A model generated the notes under the pieces. The model was not told the DNA's origin and did no database searches. It saw only the letters and a list, made by a program, of their open reading frames with translations. Positions 8,436 to 17,257 of a stretch of 36,148 nucleotides of DNA are shown here, one piece after another. The stretch is taken from IMG/VR virus record IMGVR_UViG_3300008255_000266, positions 1 to 36,148 of that record; one strand, given 5' to 3'. The translations under genes and the position numbers were made by a program. The DNA comes from a virus (lineage: Duplodnaviria > Caudoviricetes). The first letter of the stretch is position 1; each line of letters starts with the position of its first letter.

Positions 8436-8680
8436 TTACCGCCCGCTTCTGAAACAGCGAGGATGGCGTATGACGCCGCAACCAGTTGGGTGTCGGTGAG
8501 GTTGAGTTGGATCTCGCCTTTCTCGTCGAGAGATACTGCATCGCCGAATCCCAACTCGAAAAACACGTTTATAGCTGTGTCACGGGATATTTTCTCACGT
8601 GCCCCGCGAATGGCAGCGACGGCTTTATCCAACCGTGCAGGCAGAATCTCGAATTCATACAGCGGCTTTATCGAGCACAC
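8408..8680 (-). CDS. Hypothetical protein
   Basis: Fills the gap between VRR-NUC and the primase and overlaps both. Confidence 0.5.
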   Translation of the reverse strand: MCSIKPLYEFEILPARLDKAVAAIRGAREKISRDTAINVFFELGFGDAVSLDEKGEIQLNLTDTQLVAASYAILAVSEAGGKWRMRTGAA

Positions 8681-8936
8681 TCAAGGCCTCCGATACTGAA
8701 TGGACAGTCGCGGCGGTTCCGCCCGCCGCCGCGATCTCGTCCAACGCGTACTGTTGAATGGCAGTCGCGGACTCGCCTGGTACTTTCACTTCGAGACCGA
8801 AGAACAGGCCTCGGTAGCAAACGATCAGGTCGGGTATGCCCCGCAACTGCATGGACTCGCCATGCGTCTTCAGCACCCACGCGCCACGGCTGCGCAGGGT
8901 CTTCTGGATAGCCGCGACGATGGTTGCCTCGCGCAC
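8655..8936 (-). CDS. VRR-NUC domain nuclease (putative Holliday junction resolvase)
   Basis: EATI...GIPDLIVC...GLEVK...QQ PD-(D/E)XK pattern. Confidence 0.85.
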   Translation of the reverse strand: MREATIVAAIQKTLRSRGAWVLKTHGESMQLRGIPDLIVCYRGLFFGLEVKVPGESATAIQQYALDEIAAAGGTAATVHSVSEALSVLDKAAV

Positions 8937-8941
8937 GGCGA

Positions 8942-9508
8942 TCAGTCGAACAGGTCGTCAACCTCTTGCGCGAGGTCGACAACTTCGGTCGGGGCAGGCA
9001 CGTCGGCCTGTACGGCTGCTGGTGCGGGTGCAGCGACGGCAGCGGCAGGAGCCGCAACCGGCGCGGGAGCCTTCGCAGCGGACGCTGGAGCTTCCGGAGC
9101 GTAGTACGCAACGAGCCGCGAGGTCAGGCGAGCGGGATAGTTGTCGTTCGCCGGGATCTCGTCGTCCGTTGCCTGACCGATGCATACGCGCCCAACCAGC
9201 TTGTCGAGGTCAACCCGCACGGCCTTCTCGGACACGCCCAGCTTCAGGGCGAGCAGGAAGGCGTGCAGCCGCTGGAGGCCGAACTTCTGGTCGGACTGAA
9301 GAACGAAGTTGTCCTTCAGACGCTTGCCGTCTTCCGCACCGCCCACAACCTCGAACGAGGCCGTGACCATGCGCTTTCCGCTCCTCGACGTACCGTCGAC
9401 GATCTCGGCGAGCCGGATCGGATAGCGACCCGGCGCAACGTGATCGGTTGATCCCCCACCTTGTGCGGGGGGAGCCCCTGTGAAATCGAAGCTCACAACC
9501 CTTGACAT
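8942..9508 (-). CDS. Single-stranded DNA-binding protein (DUF669-like)
   Basis: VAPGRY...SRSGKRMVTASFEV, Ala/Pro linker, acidic C-terminus EVDDLFD; adjacent to the Sak4-like ATPase. Confidence 0.75.
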   Translation of the reverse strand: MSRVVSFDFTGAPPAQGGGSTDHVAPGRYPIRLAEIVDGTSRSGKRMVTASFEVVGGAEDGKRLKDNFVLQSDQKFGLQRLHAFLLALKLGVSEKAVRVDLDKLVGRVCIGQATDDEIPANDNYPARLTSRLVAYYAPEAPASAAKAPAPVAAPAAAVAAPAPAAVQADVPAPTEVVDLAQEVDDLFD

Positions 9509-9550
9509 AACTAAACCTCTTTCGGCCCTTTTCGGGCATGGATTACGAAA

Positions 9551-11245
9551 TCAACCGAGGATGAACGTCTGCTCAAGAACCTCGTCTGGCCGTTCCGCGC
9601 CCGGTCGGGCGAGAAGGAACTTCAGCAGCCCCGCCAGCGACGGGTTGCGAATGATAGGCGGAACATCCTGCCCCGGTACAGCCCTCGCCTTCGTGACATA
9701 CATCGCGTGCGGACCGACACGGAGTTGGCGCTCCCACCCGTCAACGCTATGCTCGACGGACAGCCGCCCGACGAGGAGCATGGATGGTAGCAGGGCCTGA
9801 AGCGCCGCTGGGGATGTGTCCGGGCCGAGGGTGACGGGTCCAGCCCCACCCTCGTCGCCGCCGCCGCCAAACTTGCGCTCCTGTGCGATCCAGATGGTGT
9901 GTTGCTTGAGCGTGCGGAAGCGGTAGACAAGCTCTCCAACAAGTCGCCCGATCTTGCCCCATTCTTGGAGCGAGATGACGTGCGGATCGACGTCGAGGTC
10001 TCGCTCTTTGATTGTTTTCCGCTTCGCGAGTTCAGTCATCGCCGTCAGGCTGTCGATCGCTACCCATTGATATGGGTGATCGGACTTCATGAGGAACCAG
10101 TAGATCGCGTCGACAGCATCCCACGTCTCAACCGGAACGATATCGATCCGGTTGGCTTGGTCCTGCAGAACGAACGTACCGCCTTCGATCTGAGGCACGT
10201 CGATCACGAGGCCGCGTCCTGGCATCGTGCCAAGAAGCGTCGTCTTTCCAGTGTTGTGGTTCCAGAACCCCTCGGCGAGATAGTTCTCGTAAACAGGGAC
10301 GTGCATGTCGTAATAAACGCCGACACGGTTTATGGTTATAGCGGACACCACCAGAGGATAGACGCATGCCGAAAGATTCACCGAGACCCTCTCGTCAACT
10401 TGGCCTTCCAACAGATGAACTGCGCCGATGCTTGTCTCTAGGATGGAGCGTGAGCGAGATGGCACAGCACTTTGGCTGCTCGTATAGTGGGGTTGCAAAC
10501 GCACTCGAACGAGCGGACCTAAAGCATCTTGGATTGAAGGCACCTCGTCCCGAACGAAACAAGTTCTGGAAGGGAGGGAAACCGTGGACCGACGTCGACG
10601 GTTATGTGTGGGTTCGGGGCGAAGACCCAAATCATCCTTATACACCACGCGGGTTCGTTCGCGAGCATCGCCTTGTGATGGAGAGAGTTCTCGGAAGATA
10701 CCTTCTTCCAACCGAGGTAGTTGACCATCGGGACGGGAACAGGGCAAACAACGCTCCCGAGAACCTTCGCCTGTTTGCGAGTAACGGAGAGCACCTTCGT
10801 GAGACGCGGAAAGGGAAGTGCCCGAACTGGACTCCCGAGGGGTTTGCCCGCATGAAAGCCGCTGCCCAACGGAAACACGACGCAGCGGAAGCCAGACGCC
10901 TTCAGCAGTCAGGAAACGATGCTCCGCTGTTGCCGTGATACAGCGTCCATCGGATAGCGTAACGTCGAATAGCTCTTCGACTCCTTTCAGGAAGGCATAA
11001 GTAGCCGTCGCTGCTACTCGATCGCCCGTCGCCGGATCAATAGACCAGACGCGAAACGGTTTCCCGCTTGCGGCAAGGTCATCAATACGATGATTGCCGT
11101 CCGGTCCTTGAATGATGGTTTCGGGTGCTACGCAGCCCCCTTTTCCGTAGATGCAGATACCGAACGCTGCTTGCGCCGGTTTGCCGGGTTTGTATACTCC
11201 CGCGAGGGATGCACCCGTCTTTCCGTTGGTTGCTGGATTAGTCAC
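9551..11245 (-). CDS. Sak4-like AAA_24 P-loop ATPase (annealing/recombination), interrupted by an intein
   Basis: Removing residues 38-331 restores Walker A IYGKGG|TGKTT; Walker B VAIDSLT; spliced product about 270 aa. Confidence 0.85.
   Translation of the reverse strand: MTNPATNGKTGASLAGVYKPGKPAQAAFGICIYGKGGCVAPETIIQGPDGNHRIDDLAASGKPFRVWSIDPATGDRVAATATYAFLKGVEELFDVTLSDGRCITATAEHRFLTAEGVWLPLRRVSVGQRLSCGQTPRESSSGTSLSASHEGALRYSQTGEGSRERCLPCSRPDGQLPRLEEGIFRELSPSQGDARERTRVVYKDDLGLRPEPTHNRRRRSTVSLPSRTCFVRDEVPSIQDALGPLVRVRLQPHYTSSQSAVPSRSRSILETSIGAVHLLEGQVDERVSVNLSACVYPLVVSAITINRVGVYYDMHVPVYENYLAEGFWNHNTGKTTLLGTMPGRGLVIDVPQIEGGTFVLQDQANRIDIVPVETWDAVDAIYWFLMKSDHPYQWVAIDSLTAMTELAKRKTIKERDLDVDPHVISLQEWGKIGRLVGELVYRFRTLKQHTIWIAQERKFGGGGDEGGAGPVTLGPDTSPAALQALLPSMLLVGRLSVEHSVDGWERQLRVGPHAMYVTKARAVPGQDVPPIIRNPSLAGLLKFLLARPGAERPDEVLEQTFILG
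10253..11134 (-). mobile_element. Class 1 intein (294 aa) inserted in Walker A
   Basis: N-terminal CVAPETII, block B ITATAEHRFL, blocks F/G VYYDMHVPVYENYLAEGFWNHN, +1 residue Thr. Confidence 0.92.
10366..10938 (+). CDS. HNH homing endonuclease with N-terminal HTH, nested antisense inside the intein
   Basis: GAGG RBS; HTH WSVSEMAQHFGCSYSGVANAL; NKFWKGG...DGYVWV; EHRLVME...VDHRDGNRANNAPENL. Confidence 0.9.
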   Translation: MPKDSPRPSRQLGLPTDELRRCLSLGWSVSEMAQHFGCSYSGVANALERADLKHLGLKAPRPERNKFWKGGKPWTDVDGYVWVRGEDPNHPYTPRGFVREHRLVMERVLGRYLLPTEVVDHRDGNRANNAPENLRLFASNGEHLRETRKGKCPNWTPEGFARMKAAAQRKHDAAEARRLQQSGNDAPLLP

Positions 11246-12302
11246 TGATCGCCTCCTTGGGCGTTGTTTCCTCGTCGCGTTGTCCGCTCTTTTCGTAATA
11301 CAGACGAATCAAATCATCGGGATCCCCGCCCGTGATTACCGCCTCGCACAAACGCTCGTACGGGCAGTATGTGCAGTCGCGTGAAAGGGACCGTACCGGG
11401 CGGCTGACGCCGTGCTTCCATTCGAGCGTGCGTGCCCGGATACGCGCCGCTGTCACGACGTAATCCTCAAGAAGAAGATCGGGCGACGCTACGATGACGT
11501 GTTCCATACGAGGGAAGAATACCTCAAGCTCACGCGGCTCAAGATGCTCGCGCATGTCGTTGTAATCCGCCGGGTCAAGTCCCTGTTCCTTGATCGCCAA
11601 CTCGAACACGGGCCACGTGGAGTCGAGGTTCTTGGCGCGGCTGATGTCGCCGTTCTTGAGAATGTAGGGGAACGATGGTTCCTTCGTCCGCAGGTAGTTC
11701 CACAGCGTCCCGTCAATCAGCAGCCCCTTCGCTTCGAACAGGGCCGCCGCGTACAGGAGCGTCTGCATGTCGCGGATGCGCACGCGCGAGTCGGGCACGT
11801 TCACCGTACTCTTGTGCTCAACGAGGAACATGAGGTCGCGCAAGCGGTCGCGCAGTACAAGGTCGATGATGGACCGGGACTCAACGCCCTGGATGATCGG
11901 CGTCGAAATCCATTCCTCAACCATGATCACGTCATACCGCTCGGCGTCACCCTTGCCCCGTGCCCGGTAGTATCGCTCGGCGATCCGGCACACGACGTCC
12001 ATGAGGCCGAAGTATTCCTGGGCGAGGGCCTCGTCACCGGCAAAGAAGGCTGTGTTGCCCGCCGCCGTGGTTTCGGCCCCGCGCCGCTCAACCAGCTCTG
12101 AGAGTGCCGTGACGTGGGACTCGTCTGCGCCGCGCCCCGTCTTGAGTCCGGTGTAGTAGGTTGCGAGATATTCGTGCAGGAGGATGCCCCGTTGCGGAGC
12201 GAGGTCCTTTACGCGCTGACGGAGTTTGTCGATGTATGAGAAGCTGTATCGCTGCTCACAGCGTTGCCACGCTTGGTAGGCCGAAAGCGAAATCGTGAAC
12301 AA
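11238..12302 (-). CDS. Cas4/RecB-like PD-(D/E)XK exonuclease with putative Fe-S cluster
   Basis: N-terminal SAYQAWQRC, GILLHEYL, IDLV...VEHKS, QTLLY and C-terminal CTYCPYERLC. Confidence 0.85.
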   Translation of the reverse strand: MFTISLSAYQAWQRCEQRYSFSYIDKLRQRVKDLAPQRGILLHEYLATYYTGLKTGRGADESHVTALSELVERRGAETTAAGNTAFFAGDEALAQEYFGLMDVVCRIAERYYRARGKGDAERYDVIMVEEWISTPIIQGVESRSIIDLVLRDRLRDLMFLVEHKSTVNVPDSRVRIRDMQTLLYAAALFEAKGLLIDGTLWNYLRTKEPSFPYILKNGDISRAKNLDSTWPVFELAIKEQGLDPADYNDMREHLEPRELEVFFPRMEHVIVASPDLLLEDYVVTAARIRARTLEWKHGVSRPVRSLSRDCTYCPYERLCEAVITGGDPDDLIRLYYEKSGQRDEETTPKEAISD

Positions 12303-12357
12303 GTGGGGTATCCGTACATAGTGTTGACGGCAATACTGCGCGTCCTCGCGCTATCTG

Positions 12358-13752
12358 TCAAGTAAGTATTTCGGCGTGTTCGGGGCACAACCAACCGGAT
12401 GCCGTCTTGGCAGGAACTTCGTCGCAGCCAATGATCTCGCACACCTGTTCGGTTGTGGCGAACGGGCCACCCCTGAACTGATACTCGGCGTGGCCTATAC
12501 GTTGACGGGAGAGCTCGACGTACTCGGGCATGAGGTCGATTCCCACGAACCGGAAGCCGGATAGGACCGCCGCCTTGCCCGTCGACCCGGAGTCCATGAA
12601 TGGGTCGAGTATGACGCCGCCAGGAGGGGTAATGAGCGTGCAGAGATACCGCATGAGGTCGAACGGCTTCACTGTCGGGTGGTTGTTCCGCCCGCCGCGT
12701 GTACGCCCCGCACCCGCGCGAGGTGATTCCAGGCCCGCCGTACCGTCCTCGCGATCGGTAACGCTACCCGGCGTCAGGACCGGGCCATCAAGCCCTTCGT
12801 CGCGGTCCGTGGCGTCGGCCTTCGGGCAGTAGAAGAAACGCGTCACACTTCCAGTATCACCATAACCCAGTTTGGCATCCATCCTGACGCGACTGGGCAT
12901 AAACCCAACGATACCAGGAACGCCGGAGCTTGAAATACTACTTGCACTACTATTTGCACTACTACTTTCGGGGAACCCTTCAAGCACATCGTCGCTCCCA
13001 TCGTGGATCAAGTTCGCTGGCCAGCGGCCTTGATTACTTCCTCTGCCACCCCACCGCGCGTTTTTGGAGTATGTGTCTTGGGCGTAAACTAACCCCTCGC
13101 TTTTTGCTGGTTTACGAGAGGTATCATCTCCTGATTCAATCCGGCTCGCATCGATGTTCAACGCACCCGTTCCGTACTTGAGCACGTTCGCGACTACCGT
13201 ACCCTCGAGTGGTTTTCGGGCAACGATGATTGGCTCCCAGGCAGGCTTCATGGCCGTGCCCCATCCGTCCCATTGGACAGCTTCTGGGGTGGTGGGAGTT
13301 GTAATGTCTGTCTCCGTGCGAAGAATCTCGTAGGATTCTGCCGCCGTAGTACGCGCTGCCGCATGTCCACGAGCAGTTCCAGTCAGCCGTTGCTTACCGA
13401 TGACCTCTCGCTCCACCCCCGCCACTTTATCAATCGCTTTGCCCACATCCAACGACTTCGGAAACCCGCTTCCGTAAACCCACATGATCGTGTCGCGAAT
13501 CTCCCACCCAGCATCCTCGATCGCAACCATGAGCCGATGAAAGGTTCGTGTACCACCGAACGCGAGCATGTGCGTACCAGGTTTCGCTACCCGCAACGCC
13601 TCGCGCCAGAACGCCACACCGGGCACGCCATGATCCCAATCTTTGCCCATGAATCCCAAACCATATGGCGGATCTGTCACGATGGCATCCACAGAATCTG
13701 CCTGGAGTTCGGGCATGACCTCAAGACAATCGCCTGTATGCAAATCGAACAT
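12358..13752 (-). CDS. N6-adenine/N4-cytosine DNA methyltransferase, beta class; SAM motif altered
   Basis: IVTDPPY, HPTVKP, LDPFMDSGSTG; start overlaps the polymerase stop (TGATG). Confidence 0.85.
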   Translation of the reverse strand: MFDLHTGDCLEVMPELQADSVDAIVTDPPYGLGFMGKDWDHGVPGVAFWREALRVAKPGTHMLAFGGTRTFHRLMVAIEDAGWEIRDTIMWVYGSGFPKSLDVGKAIDKVAGVEREVIGKQRLTGTARGHAAARTTAAESYEILRTETDITTPTTPEAVQWDGWGTAMKPAWEPIIVARKPLEGTVVANVLKYGTGALNIDASRIESGDDTSRKPAKSEGLVYAQDTYSKNARWGGRGSNQGRWPANLIHDGSDDVLEGFPESSSANSSASSISSSGVPGIVGFMPSRVRMDAKLGYGDTGSVTRFFYCPKADATDRDEGLDGPVLTPGSVTDREDGTAGLESPRAGAGRTRGGRNNHPTVKPFDLMRYLCTLITPPGGVILDPFMDSGSTGKAAVLSGFRFVGIDLMPEYVELSRQRIGHAEYQFRGGPFATTEQVCEIIGCDEVPAKTASGWLCPEHAEILT

Positions 13753-16157
13753 CACGCCCACGTCGCACCAACTTTCAAGTCCGCCACGATGGGCACGGGC
13801 ACGGTGATGCCAAAAGCAGCCGTATCCACGTGTTCCATCGTCCATTTCAACAGGTACTGCGCCCGGTCCGCGTCGCGCTCGGAAACGTCAATCAGAATCG
13901 AGTCGTGTACCTGACCGATGATCACGGCATCGAGACTTTCCTCACGCAACCGTGCGTTGGTTTGCACCATCGCCAGAAGCGTTAGGTCCGACGCCGTTGA
14001 CTGGATCGGCGTATTGATCGCCGCATTGACGTCGGACGAGTTGGCAAACTGCCGTCGCCTCCCGAACGGTGTCACTGTGAACCCGCGTATCTCGGCGTCT
14101 CGACGCGCCCGCTCATGCCACGGCGGTAGTGCCGTGTACAGGCGGAAAAACGCCCTGTGTCCTTCTATGGCCTCTTGCTCGGTCAGGAGCAGGCCGTAGG
14201 TGCGACGGGCGTATTCGCGGAACCCCGGCGGTTGCATCCCGAAAGAGAGGCCGAAGTTGAATCCCTTGGCCCCCTGGCGGTCTTCCTTCGTCACCATCGC
14301 CTCAAACTCGGCGCGGCGCAGCATGAACGCGTCCAGGTCGATTGCGCCTCCGCGCTGGGCAATCATGAACGCCGCCGTCAGTTTGTGCAGGTCCTGCCCC
14401 TCGATAAATGCCTGAAGCATCGTTCGTTCGTGCGCGATCCAGGCGATCATGCGCAACTCGATCTGGCTGAAGTCACCGGACACGATCAGCCGCCCGGCGG
14501 GTGCGCGCACCATCTCGCGGAAGGCGACGTCGCTGGTGTTGCGGGGCGTGACTTGCAACGAGCCACCCATCTCAACCTCGGCGGACAGCCGCCCCGTGCG
14601 CGTGCCAGTCATTCTGTAGATCGTGTGCAACCTTCCGTCGCGTTGCCGGGTCAGTAGCGTGGTCCACGGTGTGAGGTACGTGCCCAGTAGCTTCGATTCC
14701 TTGCGGCAGCGGAGGATCGCCTTGACCTGCGGGTACCGGATTATGGACGTTAACGCGTCCTTGTTGGACGACTGCAGGTCTATTCCGAGGGCATTCTTCA
14801 GGTATTCTCTGGTTCTTAACGGTGAATTGGCCAGTTTGGCTGCTTGGAGTGGTGTTACCCCGATCAGGTCCGCGAGCTCCTCGGCAGCAGCATTGTGTCG
14901 CGTGTGCGCGCTCGCTGTCTCGACGGCAAGCAGATCCCCGTCGATCGGAACGCCGACGTAGGCGGCACGCAACAGGACCGGCAGCACAGGCAACAGAAGC
15001 TGCGCGTGCAACCGCTTGATCGCATCGCGGAATACCGGGTCCTCGAGATTAATAGCACGAATGAGGCCCTCAAACAGGAGCAGCGTCGCTCTCGTGTCGG
15101 CAGCGTTATACGAGAGCAAGTCCTGCCATTCCGACGCCGTGGAGGGGCGTGTGGTGCGCAGGTGGCCCTTCCACCCCGGTTCAACCCCGCCGTACTTTAC
15201 CGCCAGGGCCTCGAGGTTCTTGGGCTGTGTCTCGTCAAGCAGGTGCCCGAGGATCATGGTGTCACCCGCCCGCCGAACTTTGATCCTGTAGTGGTGAAGC
15301 CACATGCGATCCGACATAGCGTTGTGCATCACAACAGGGCACGTGATCAACAAAGCCGCGAGCGCGTCCGCAATCGCTGGTGGAGGCGGGAAGGCAAGGG
15401 CAACAGAACGAACGTTGCCTTCGATACGACCCGAAACAGAGATCGAGTAAACCTCAGCCCCCGGTGTCCACGGCCATGTGGGTCCATCTGTACCCGCCGT
15501 CCACTCGAGATCAACCGCCAGCACCTTTGCCGATCCTAGCTCCCACAAGAGGTTGACGATGTTATCCACGTCAACGCCGTACGGATCAAACAGAACAGCC
15601 GTGTCACCTGATGCCAGCGCGGGCGTACCGTTCGCCATCTTTGCATAGTGCTTCATGTTCTCGACGAGCGGTTCCATGTTCTTCGCTCGCTCGTACAGGA
15701 CCGCCGCCGGGTGATAGGTCGCGACGATGGGTACGTCGATGTGCAGACCCTTGCGGGGTGGGAGCACCTTGCCGCGCGATGCTGCCATCTTCTTCGCCCC
15801 GGTCAGCGCCTCCATAGCCGCGTTGCCGAGGCAGACAATGAGCTTCGGCTTGACCCTCTCGATCTCCTCGAGAAGGTAGGGCAAGCAGGTGTCCGCTTCG
15901 GTGCGTGACGGCGTGCGGTTCTGAGGAGGCCTGCATTTTACGACGTTCGAGATGTACACGTCCGCTCGCGTCAGGCCTGCCTGGTTGAGTACGTCGCTCA
16001 GAACCTGCCCGGCTGCACCAACGAAAGGACGTCCGTGCTTTTCCTCGTCCGCCCCCGGCGCTTCACCAACAAGAAGTATCCGCGACCCGTCAGCCCCCTC
16101 CCCCTTCAAACAAACTCGGGAGGTTGTCAGGTGAAGCGGGCAGCGCGTACAGGACAT
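13752..16157 (-). CDS. polA: Family A DNA polymerase with N-terminal family-4 uracil-DNA glycosylase and 3'-5' exonuclease domains
   Basis: UDG motifs CTRCPL, GEAPG, GRPFVG, NVVKCRPP and TYHPA; exonuclease VDLEW; polymerase motifs TGRLS, DFSQIELR, RQGAKGFNFG and VHDS; AAGGA RBS before ATG 16157. Confidence 0.92.
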   Translation of the reverse strand: MSCTRCPLHLTTSRVCLKGEGADGSRILLVGEAPGADEEKHGRPFVGAAGQVLSDVLNQAGLTRADVYISNVVKCRPPQNRTPSRTEADTCLPYLLEEIERVKPKLIVCLGNAAMEALTGAKKMAASRGKVLPPRKGLHIDVPIVATYHPAAVLYERAKNMEPLVENMKHYAKMANGTPALASGDTAVLFDPYGVDVDNIVNLLWELGSAKVLAVDLEWTAGTDGPTWPWTPGAEVYSISVSGRIEGNVRSVALAFPPPPAIADALAALLITCPVVMHNAMSDRMWLHHYRIKVRRAGDTMILGHLLDETQPKNLEALAVKYGGVEPGWKGHLRTTRPSTASEWQDLLSYNAADTRATLLLFEGLIRAINLEDPVFRDAIKRLHAQLLLPVLPVLLRAAYVGVPIDGDLLAVETASAHTRHNAAAEELADLIGVTPLQAAKLANSPLRTREYLKNALGIDLQSSNKDALTSIIRYPQVKAILRCRKESKLLGTYLTPWTTLLTRQRDGRLHTIYRMTGTRTGRLSAEVEMGGSLQVTPRNTSDVAFREMVRAPAGRLIVSGDFSQIELRMIAWIAHERTMLQAFIEGQDLHKLTAAFMIAQRGGAIDLDAFMLRRAEFEAMVTKEDRQGAKGFNFGLSFGMQPPGFREYARRTYGLLLTEQEAIEGHRAFFRLYTALPPWHERARRDAEIRGFTVTPFGRRRQFANSSDVNAAINTPIQSTASDLTLLAMVQTNARLREESLDAVIIGQVHDSILIDVSERDADRAQYLLKWTMEHVDTAAFGITVPVPIVADLKVGATWA

Positions 16158-16181
16158 CGGGGATCCTTTCGGGGTAGTGGA

Positions 16182-16205
16182 AGGGGCGGGGTTTCCCTCG
16201 CCCCT
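16182..16205 (-). terminator. GC-rich hairpin with GAAA tetraloop between DUF932 and polA (terminator or processing site)
   Basis: AGGGGCG-AGG-GAAA-CCC-CGCCCCT; no clear U-tract follows. Confidence 0.45.
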
Positions 16206-16222
16206 CGAGCGTATGCCTGGTG

Positions 16223-17185
16223 TTACCGGGTTGTGACCGGCTGCTTGAAACCAGCGATTTCGGAGAGCACCTTGAAGGCGTCCTTCTTGAACCAGGCGCT
16301 CGGTCCGTCGATGGCGTTCTGTACTCGCGTGGCCTTCGAGGTGATGCGGATCTTGTGGTCCGCGTACCCGGTGATGGCGTTCGCGAGGGCGTAGGCAGTC
16401 TCGCCGGAGTGTTCCCGTTCCTCGTTGTATACGGCGAGGAAGGATTCGATGGAGTGCCGTCGCTGCGTGGGCGTGGCATCGTCGAGCGGCCCGAACATGG
16501 CCTCCTGTACCTTGGTCACGTCGGCCTCGGTCGTCTTGACGGCGGCGAGGGCGGTCATCCATTCCTCGGGCTTGCGGTGCTCGAGGGTTGTCAGGGCGAG
16601 GGCGGCGCGTGCAGCAGCCATCTGGCTACCGATGTCGCCCGCGTGCATGATGCTGGCCGCTGCCCGTCCGCTGGTTGCGGCCATGAGGGTGTTGTTGCAG
16701 ACAACCCGGATCTGGGTGGCGCGGATGGTCAACGCCTGACTTCCGTCGTGGCTGGTCGTCGCGAGCATGTACCGTTTGTAACTGTCGCCCGCGATGGTTG
16801 CGCCTTCGGGCATCTCGGCGAGCATCCAGACCTTGCTGCCGCCGAAGAGCGTCCCAGCAGTGTTGTACAGAAGCATACCGTCCTGCACCAGGCTGTCGAG
16901 GAAGGAGAAGGCGTCGCTGTTCTGAATTGGCTTGTAGCGGGACCGGACAACCCCGAGCACCTTCTCATCGATATCGCGAGTCACGCCCCGGAAGTCGGGG
17001 ATTGCCATGCCGTTCGCGCCGAAGATCGGCTCGAGGGTGACATCCCAGTCGATGCGGGCGAGCTGTGCCGCCTCTTTCGATGTCACGGCGGAGGCAACCT
17101 TGACGCCTTCACCGTGCCAGGGGTCCGCGCCCGCATAGAACATGCTGGCAACCCCGTCTTCTTTGATTTCGAGTTCTGCTGGCAT
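16223..17185 (-). CDS. DUF932 family phage/plasmid protein (TIGR03299-like)
   Basis: PWHGEG, LGVVRSRYKPIQN, TAGTLFGG and TSHDGS...RVVCNNTL; GAGGAG RBS. Confidence 0.85.
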   Translation of the reverse strand: MPAELEIKEDGVASMFYAGADPWHGEGVKVASAVTSKEAAQLARIDWDVTLEPIFGANGMAIPDFRGVTRDIDEKVLGVVRSRYKPIQNSDAFSFLDSLVQDGMLLYNTAGTLFGGSKVWMLAEMPEGATIAGDSYKRYMLATTSHDGSQALTIRATQIRVVCNNTLMAATSGRAAASIMHAGDIGSQMAAARAALALTTLEHRKPEEWMTALAAVKTTEADVTKVQEAMFGPLDDATPTQRRHSIESFLAVYNEEREHSGETAYALANAITGYADHKIRITSKATRVQNAIDGPSAWFKKDAFKVLSEIAGFKQPVTTR

Positions 17186-17221
17186 CCTGTTTCTCCTCTG
17201 AGGTCAACTGCCTCAATGCAA

Positions 17222-17257
17222 ACAATACGAGGTCGTTGCCTATGTGTCAAGTCAATC
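17222..17257 (-). promoter_or_regulatory. Sigma70-like promoter for DUF932
   Basis: TTGACA-17 nt-TATTGT; shares the 15-mer GATTGACTTGACACA with the site at 841-855. Confidence 0.7.

Noticed and set aside
10300-10345. Plus-strand promoter for the nested HNH
   Set aside because: A TATGGT -10 candidate exists at 10331, but the -35 match is poor; too weak to call without TSS data.
11238-12302. Cas4-like gene as evidence of a CRISPR-Cas system
   Set aside because: No array or other cas genes; its context is the usual exonuclease-Sak4-SSB recombination module.
16158-16562. 136-aa N-terminal extension of PolA in the ORF track
   Set aside because: Overlaps DUF932 in another frame; the RBS and the UDG domain begin at ATG 16157.
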